Positions 9,139 to 13,927 of a stretch of DNA of 16,305 nt are shown piece after piece (positions within the stretch are counted from its first letter, which is position 1; every line of letters begins with the position of its first letter). The stretch is from a bacterium. GTDB lineage: Bacteria > RBG-13-61-14 > DATKZS01. The stretch covers positions 1-16,305 of the forward strand of contig JAWOBU010000085.1 in assembly GCA_046484135.1 (NCBI GenBank), in the 5' to 3' direction. A program made the position numbers and the translations under genes. A model generated the notes under the pieces. That model saw nothing but the letters and a program-made list of their open reading frames with translations, was not told where the DNA came from and made no database searches.

Positions 9139-9165
9139 TTTCTAAGCCTCCTGTCCGCTCTTCTG

Positions 9166-10170
9166 TTATCTTGAGAACCTCCGGGCCAACTCCACCATGC
9201 GGGCGGAGAATCCCCACTCGTTGTCGTACCAGGAAAGGACTTTGACCATGCTCTTGTCTATTACGTAGGTGTTGTCCGCGTCCACGATGGACGAGGCCGG
9301 GCAATCCACCAGGTCCACCGACACCAGCGGCTCTTCCGAGTAGGCGAGTATGCCTTTCAGGTCTCCCTCCGCCGCCTTTTTGAAGGCTTTATTCAGCTCC
9401 TCGGCCGTAGTCTCCTTTTCCACCTCCGCCACCAGGTCCACCAGGGACACGTTGGGTGTTGGCACCCGGATGGATAGTCCGTGGAGCTTTCCGTCCAGTT
9501 CGGGAATGACCAGCCCGATGGCCTTGGCCGCGCCGGTGGTTGTGGGAATCATGGACATTCCCGCGGCACGTGCCCTTCTCATGTCCTTATGAGGAAGGTC
9601 CAGGATGCGCTGGTCGTTGGTGTAGGAGTGGGTGGTGGTCATGAGTCCGTGTTTTATTTTGAGCTCGTCGTTGACCACTTTGGTGATCGGCGCCAGGCAG
9701 TTGGTGGTGCAGGAGCCGTTGGACACGATCTTGTGCTTTTCCGGGTCCAGGTCTTTATCGTTTATTCCCAGCACCAGGGTCTTGTCGGGCGGGTCCTTCG
9801 AGTCGCCGGGTGCGGAGATTATAACGTTCTTGGCCCCTGCTTTCAGATGCGCCTCCGCCTGGGAGCGCTTGCGGAACAGGCCGGTACATTCGACCACCAC
9901 GTCCACGCCCAGGTCCTTCCACGGCAGGTTGGCCGGGTCCTTCTCCGAGGTGACCTTGATCTTTTTGCCCTCAACTACCAGGTCATCGCCGTCCGCCTTG
10001 ACCTCACGGTCCCATATCCCGTGAACGCTGTCATACTTCAGAAGATGGGCAAGGGTCCTCGCATCCACCAGGTCGTTGATACCCACCACCTCAACGTCGG
10101 TGCCCGCAGCTATGCGCATAATGCAACGCCCGATCCGGCCAAAGCCGTTAATTCCTACCTTTACCGCCAT
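9166..10170 (-). CDS. gap: Type I glyceraldehyde-3-phosphate dehydrogenase
   Basis: GINGFGRIGR, catalytic SCTTNCLAP, TTGAAKA, RVPTPNVS, WYDNEWGFS; RBS AAGGAGG. Confidence 0.98.
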   Translation of the reverse strand: MAVKVGINGFGRIGRCIMRIAAGTDVEVVGINDLVDARTLAHLLKYDSVHGIWDREVKADGDDLVVEGKKIKVTSEKDPANLPWKDLGVDVVVECTGLFRKRSQAEAHLKAGAKNVIISAPGDSKDPPDKTLVLGINDKDLDPEKHKIVSNGSCTTNCLAPITKVVNDELKIKHGLMTTTHSYTNDQRILDLPHKDMRRARAAGMSMIPTTTGAAKAIGLVIPELDGKLHGLSIRVPTPNVSLVDLVAEVEKETTAEELNKAFKKAAEGDLKGILAYSEEPLVSVDLVDCPASSIVDADNTYVIDKSMVKVLSWYDNEWGFSARMVELARRFSR

Positions 10171-10315
10171 TACACTTGTCCTCCTTTATCTGTAATAAAT
10201 GGGTTCCCTTTTTCAAGGGAACGTGAAGAAATCCCTTGCCGCGGCAACTCAACCAGTTTTATATGTTGTCATTTTTTCACCAGATATGCAAAACCTCTAC
10301 CGCCGCATATATAAA

Positions 10316-10343
10316 AACCTAACCCTTGTGGCTCTGGTGTCAA
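10316..10343 (-). promoter_or_regulatory. Candidate sigma70 promoter of gap-pgk-tpiA (TTGACA-16-TAGGTT)
   Basis: Perfect -35 (tgtcaa on + at 10338-10343) with a weaker -10 at 10316-10321, located downstream of the romR terminator. Confidence 0.4.
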
Positions 10344-10415
10344 CCCTGTAAAACGGCTTTTGATTGTCGCCGGAAGCAAGAGGGAAGAAAATATCTGCGA
10401 GCGGCGGAGAGTCCC

Positions 10416-10448
10416 AAAAAAAGGAAGGGACCTCCCGGTCCCTCCCTT
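10416..10448 (-). terminator. Rho-independent terminator after the RomR-like gene
   Basis: Minus strand AAGGGAGGGACC-GGGA-GGTCCCTTCCTT followed by a T run; 12-bp stem about 25 nt after the stop. Confidence 0.85.
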
Positions 10449-10471
10449 GCATCATGATTGTTTTTTAATGA

Positions 10472-12460
10472 TTACTTGGACAGCTCCAGCTCTCTTATCC
10501 TTTCTTCGATCATCGTTTCCGCGAGCTGAGGCACCACTTCCCACACCACCTTTTCCACCACGTCCTGAATGATGGACTTCAGCTCCTCGCCGGTGGCTCC
10601 GCCCGCCGCGGCCTGGTCAATCTCTCTGGCAGCCTCTGATACGGCTTCGCCCATGGGAGGCGCTGGTGCTTCTTTTGCGGGCTGGTACTCCGAAGGTGAA
10701 GGCCCAGGCGGAGCAGGCGCTTCCGGTTCGGCTTCCTCTTGGAAAGGCCCGGCCGCCTCCGCTTGCTGCTCCTGGAAGGGCGCGCTCATGGGCTCCTCTG
10801 CAGCCTCCATGGTCAGCTCGGTTTCGCTCTGTCCTTCCAGCTCTGCTTCGCCTAACTCGGGCTCGGCCACGGCTTCCATCTCCTGCTCGGGCTCTGCTTC
10901 GGCCATGGCTTCCGGCACCCCGGCAGGCTCCGGCTCGGCTTCCGGGATGGCTTCCGCTTCCATCTCCGGCTCCTCCGGCACAGCCTCCGCTTCCTGCTCG
11001 GCGCCGAACAGATCAGCCTCGGGCTGCGCCTCCGGCACTGTTTCCGGAATCCCTTCTTCCTCTGCGCCCAAGTCCTCCGCGGAAAGCTCCCGGTCGCCGG
11101 GCTCCGGCTCGGCTTCGGCTGCCGGCTCGGCAAACAGGTCCGGCAGGGGCTGCTCCGGAGCGGCTTCAGGCGCGGGAGACGGTTCTTCGGGTACAGCCTC
11201 CGCTACCTGTTCCTCCTCCGCGCTTTCGGCAAAGGGTATCTCTTCTTCGCCCGTCTCCGGCTCGGCCAGGGCCTCGGCTTCCGGTTCTGCCGATGAAGCA
11301 AAAGGTATCTCTTCTTCGGGTTCAGCCAGGGCCTCTTCGCCCAGGACCCCTTCCGCTTCAGCCGGTATTTCCGCTTCGGCTTTGCCGGCTGCTTCCGGCT
11401 CCGGCGCCCACGGCTCTTCCGCGGGAGCCTCTGGTGCGGCTTGGGCAAAAGGTTCCTGGGTCTCGGCCGGCTGCGGTTCGGGTTCTCCCCACAGGTCCTG
11501 CTCCGGTGGAGGAGCGGCTGCCGTCTCCTGGGGAGGAGGTCCCCACAGGTCGTCGGAAGCCGGTGGTTCAGGCGCTGTTCCCCAGATGTCGTCTTCCGGA
11601 GGCTGAGGCTCGGGTGCTCCCCAGATGTCCTCGGAAGGGGGAGGCGCGGGTTCTTCCCCGCCCAAGCTTGCCTGGGCCCACAGGTCCTGGTCGGAGTAAG
11701 ACTCCACACCGGCGGCCACGGCCGGCTCGGACGGCGGCTCCGGGGCTTCCGCCGCGCTTTCAGTAGCCGCAAACAGGTCATCCGTGGGCGGCTCCTGCGG
11801 AGGCGGTTCCGGCTCGCCGAAAAGCTCTTCCCCGGCCGGCTCGGGCGCACCCGCTTCCGGCGCGGCAAACAGGTCGGACTCGGGTGCTGCTTCGGGTTCC
11901 GGCTCTGCGAAAAGGTCTTCGGGTTCTTCCGAAGGCGGTCCGGTCTCCGGTTTTTCCATCTCTTCCGCCGGAGGGGGCGGTGGAGGCGGTTCGGGCTGAC
12001 CGGCTTCCGGTTTCTGAGCTTCGGGTTCGGCAAACAACTCCTTTTCCGGTGCGGCCTCTGGCGGCGCGGCCGCTGCTTCGGGCGCTTTCGCTCCCCTGGC
12101 CAGTGCGTCTTCCACTTCTTTTATAAGAGTGCTTGACTCGAAGGGTTTGATGATATGTCCGTCCGCGCCTATGCGGGCGCCCTTCATTTCGTCGAACCCT
12201 TCAAAGCTGCCGGCTAAAAGGAGCACGGGTATGTTGCTGAGCTCGGGGTCGTTTTTCACGGTTTCGCACACCTGGTAACCGTCTTTCCCGGGCATGACCA
12301 CGTCAGCCAGTATGAGGTCCGGCTTTGTCTGCCTGGCCCGGTTTAAAGCCTCGTCCCCGTTGTCCACGGTGATGAGCTCGTAATCACCGTCGGCAAGGGT
12401 GATCCTGACCACCTTCTGAATGGTTATGCTGTCGTCAGCGAGCAATATTGTCTTTGCCAT
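10472..12460 (-). CDS. romR: RomR-like polarity response regulator: receiver domain, long acidic Pro/Ala/Glu linker, conserved C-terminal helical region
   Basis: Receiver motifs LLADDSITIQKVV, LADVVMP and IIKPFE. The C-terminus VVEKVVWEVVPQLAETMIEERIREL matches the RomR C-terminal motif as I recall it from Myxococcus RomR. RBS AAGGAGG. Confidence 0.8.
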   Translation of the reverse strand: MAKTILLADDSITIQKVVRITLADGDYELITVDNGDEALNRARQTKPDLILADVVMPGKDGYQVCETVKNDPELSNIPVLLLAGSFEGFDEMKGARIGADGHIIKPFESSTLIKEVEDALARGAKAPEAAAAPPEAAPEKELFAEPEAQKPEAGQPEPPPPPPPAEEMEKPETGPPSEEPEDLFAEPEPEAAPESDLFAAPEAGAPEPAGEELFGEPEPPPQEPPTDDLFAATESAAEAPEPPSEPAVAAGVESYSDQDLWAQASLGGEEPAPPPSEDIWGAPEPQPPEDDIWGTAPEPPASDDLWGPPPQETAAAPPPEQDLWGEPEPQPAETQEPFAQAAPEAPAEEPWAPEPEAAGKAEAEIPAEAEGVLGEEALAEPEEEIPFASSAEPEAEALAEPETGEEEIPFAESAEEEQVAEAVPEEPSPAPEAAPEQPLPDLFAEPAAEAEPEPGDRELSAEDLGAEEEGIPETVPEAQPEADLFGAEQEAEAVPEEPEMEAEAIPEAEPEPAGVPEAMAEAEPEQEMEAVAEPELGEAELEGQSETELTMEAAEEPMSAPFQEQQAEAAGPFQEEAEPEAPAPPGPSPSEYQPAKEAPAPPMGEAVSEAAREIDQAAAGGATGEELKSIIQDVVEKVVWEVVPQLAETMIEERIRELELSK

Positions 12461-12563
12461 TTAACATCCTCCTTAACGTTCCGCGACCACGCTTGTCCCG
12501 CTTCCCTCATCCGGATGGGTTTTGTACCGAGTAACTTTTACGCTCATCCTGTTTTATTCCCGT

Positions 12564-13469
12564 TCAGTCCCGGCTCAGCAGTTTGAGAAGGTCGGCCGGG
12601 CTGATCCTGACAACCTCGCTTGCCGGCGTTCCGTCTTCTTTTCCCTCTGCCGTGTCCAGGACCCGAAGAACCCGCTCGCAGGGCACGCCGAGCTCGCCCT
12701 TCTCGGTCCGGACCAGCACTATCATGCTGAACTCTTCGCCGGCGCTTCCCTGTATCCCGTAGCCCGAAAGCAGGGTCTCCGGCTTTATAACCGGCACGGC
12801 CTTCTCCGATTGGTAGATGGCCCCCAGGACCTCGGCGGGGGCGCTCGGTATATCGAACAGGTCGTTTCTGTTAATCACCTGGGAGACATGGTCAATATTG
12901 ATGCTCCAGTGGTGTTCCCCTGCCGAGAATATCAGTCTTCTTTCGGGCCCGCCATTGTTTTCCGATTGCGCCTTTTCCGGGGCCTTACTTATTTGCTCTG
13001 CGCCTTTTTCCGGGCCGCTCCGGAAGGAGGGCCCCCTTTTTTTTCTTTCAAACCCGGGTCGTTCTGAAGGCGTTTGCGCCATACCCTCCGGGTAGATCTC
13101 GGAGATCATCCTCATTCCGTCAAACAGGATTCTTTTTATGTAACGCGTCTTCCTGCCGGCGATGGCCGACGGGTACTCTATGTGCACCGCCAGACCAAGC
13201 TCGCTTATACCTTCCACTTCCTCCACCGCGGCAAGGAAGTGCCCCGCCCCGGACTCCATGTCAATCCAGTAGCCGGTGTTCCGCTCCCGGCGGGCGCCCG
13301 TCAGGCGGTGCAAATCCACCACCTTCGAGTCAGTGGTCCGCGGAGGGAGCGACTCGGTGTCGTAAACCTTCTTCAGGTACTTTATGTCCACCGCCAGCGT
13401 AAACTCGGCCACCCGGAAGGTCAGATACTTGTTCGCCCGCTCCTCCGCGCCCTCGGAGGACCGGTCCAT
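12564..13469 (-). CDS. Protein with two CheW-like domains, the first degenerate
   Basis: N-terminal YLTFRVAEFTLAVDIKYLKKV and second domain LIFSAGEHHWSINIDHVSQVI...IPSAPAEVLGAI...VPVI...GELGVPCERVLRV are CheW-like. The start is most likely the ATG at 13469; the listed TTG at 13514 is an alternative. Confidence 0.72.
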   Translation of the reverse strand: MDRSSEGAEERANKYLTFRVAEFTLAVDIKYLKKVYDTESLPPRTTDSKVVDLHRLTGARRERNTGYWIDMESGAGHFLAAVEEVEGISELGLAVHIEYPSAIAGRKTRYIKRILFDGMRMISEIYPEGMAQTPSERPGFERKKRGPSFRSGPEKGAEQISKAPEKAQSENNGGPERRLIFSAGEHHWSINIDHVSQVINRNDLFDIPSAPAEVLGAIYQSEKAVPVIKPETLLSGYGIQGSAGEEFSMIVLVRTEKGELGVPCERVLRVLDTAEGKEDGTPASEVVRISPADLLKLLSRD

Positions 13470-13536
13470 ATTTTCCCACAAACTTCGATTATCGTGCAAG
13501 GCCCGGTTAAACAATTATAAATACCCCGACAGTACT

Positions 13537-13565
13537 ATTATTTAATATCCCGACACTTTTGTCAA
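13537..13565 (-). promoter_or_regulatory. Candidate sigma70 promoter for the cheW-like/romR genes (TTGACA-17-AATAAT)
   Basis: tgtcaa on + at 13560-13565, 17-nt spacer, then AATAAT on the minus strand. Confidence 0.55.
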
Positions 13566-13673
13566 GGCGATTACCGACAAGCGTTCATAATGCCGGTCAA
13601 ACAAGTATCTGCCCGGCACCCGCAACCGCGCGGTTCACTTATTTGCACCGGCAATACCTGGAAACTAATGCTC

Positions 13674-13702
13674 TTGCATGCGGGATTCTAGAAATATATA
13701 AT
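13674..13702 (+). promoter_or_regulatory. Near-consensus sigma70 promoter (TTGCAT-17-TATAAT) pointing toward cas9, antisense to the tracrRNA
   Basis: Hexamers read directly at 13674-13679 and 13697-13702. Confidence 0.6.
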
Positions 13703-13744
13703 GGATTTGTATCGGCAAGGGTTTGAAAAGAGGTCTTTGACCAT

Positions 13745-13772
13745 AAAAAAACGCCCCGCTGGGGAGGCGTTT
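13745..13772 (-). terminator. Intrinsic terminator at the tracrRNA 3' end
   Basis: 9-bp stem including one G-U pair, ending in a 7-U run (A run at 13745-13751 on +). Confidence 0.8.
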
Positions 13773-13822
13773 GGGGTCGCTCCAAGGAGCGGAGCCCTGC
13801 GGACGAAAGTCCTTACTATGGG

Positions 13823-13852
13823 TTGACGGAACAATCGTCGCTTTGATACACT
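13823..13852 (+). promoter_or_regulatory. Candidate cas9 promoter embedded in the anti-repeat (TTGACG-18-TACACT with extended -10 TGn)
   Basis: TTGACG at 13823-13828, TG at 13844-13845, TACACT at 13847-13852. The predicted start near 13859 is about 70 nt before the cas9 ATG. Confidence 0.55.
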
Positions 13853-13861
13853 TAATAAAAT

Positions 13862-13890
13862 ACATAAGCACAATCCTGATAATTTGTCAA
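13862..13890 (-). promoter_or_regulatory. Candidate tracrRNA promoter (perfect TTGACA, weak -10)
   Basis: tgtcaa on + at 13885-13890, with an A/T tract at 13896-13916 positioned like an UP element. The -10 region (TTATGT/TATGTA) is a poor match. Spacing would put the start at the beginning of the anti-repeat. Confidence 0.45.
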
Positions 13891-13927
13891 GGGGATTTTG
13901 AAAAAATTTTTAAAAAGGGAGTGTGGC

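Larger units (their letters stand above)
13745..13855 (-). ncRNA. tracrRNA of the type II-C CRISPR-Cas9 system
   Basis: The minus strand reads anti-repeat ...GTCAACCCATAG-TAAG/GGAC-TTTC-GTCC-GCA (UAAGG nexus followed by CCGCA, as in type II-C tracrRNAs), then hairpin CGCTC-CTTG-GAGCG, then terminator AAACGCCTC-CCCAGC-GGGGCGTTT-TTTT. A G-U pair and the U tract work only on the minus strand. It lies just upstream of and divergent from cas9. The 5' end is approximate. Confidence 0.82.

Noticed and set aside
10266..10282. Rex- or CRP-like operator (TTGTCATTTTTTCACCA) upstream of gap
   Set aside because: Half-site spacing is one base short of the canonical motifs and both half-sites have mismatches.
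10569..12136. Long overlapping ORFs on the opposite strand and alternative frames of the RomR-like gene
   Set aside because: Shadow ORFs caused by GC-rich low-complexity codons; no recognisable domains or RBS.
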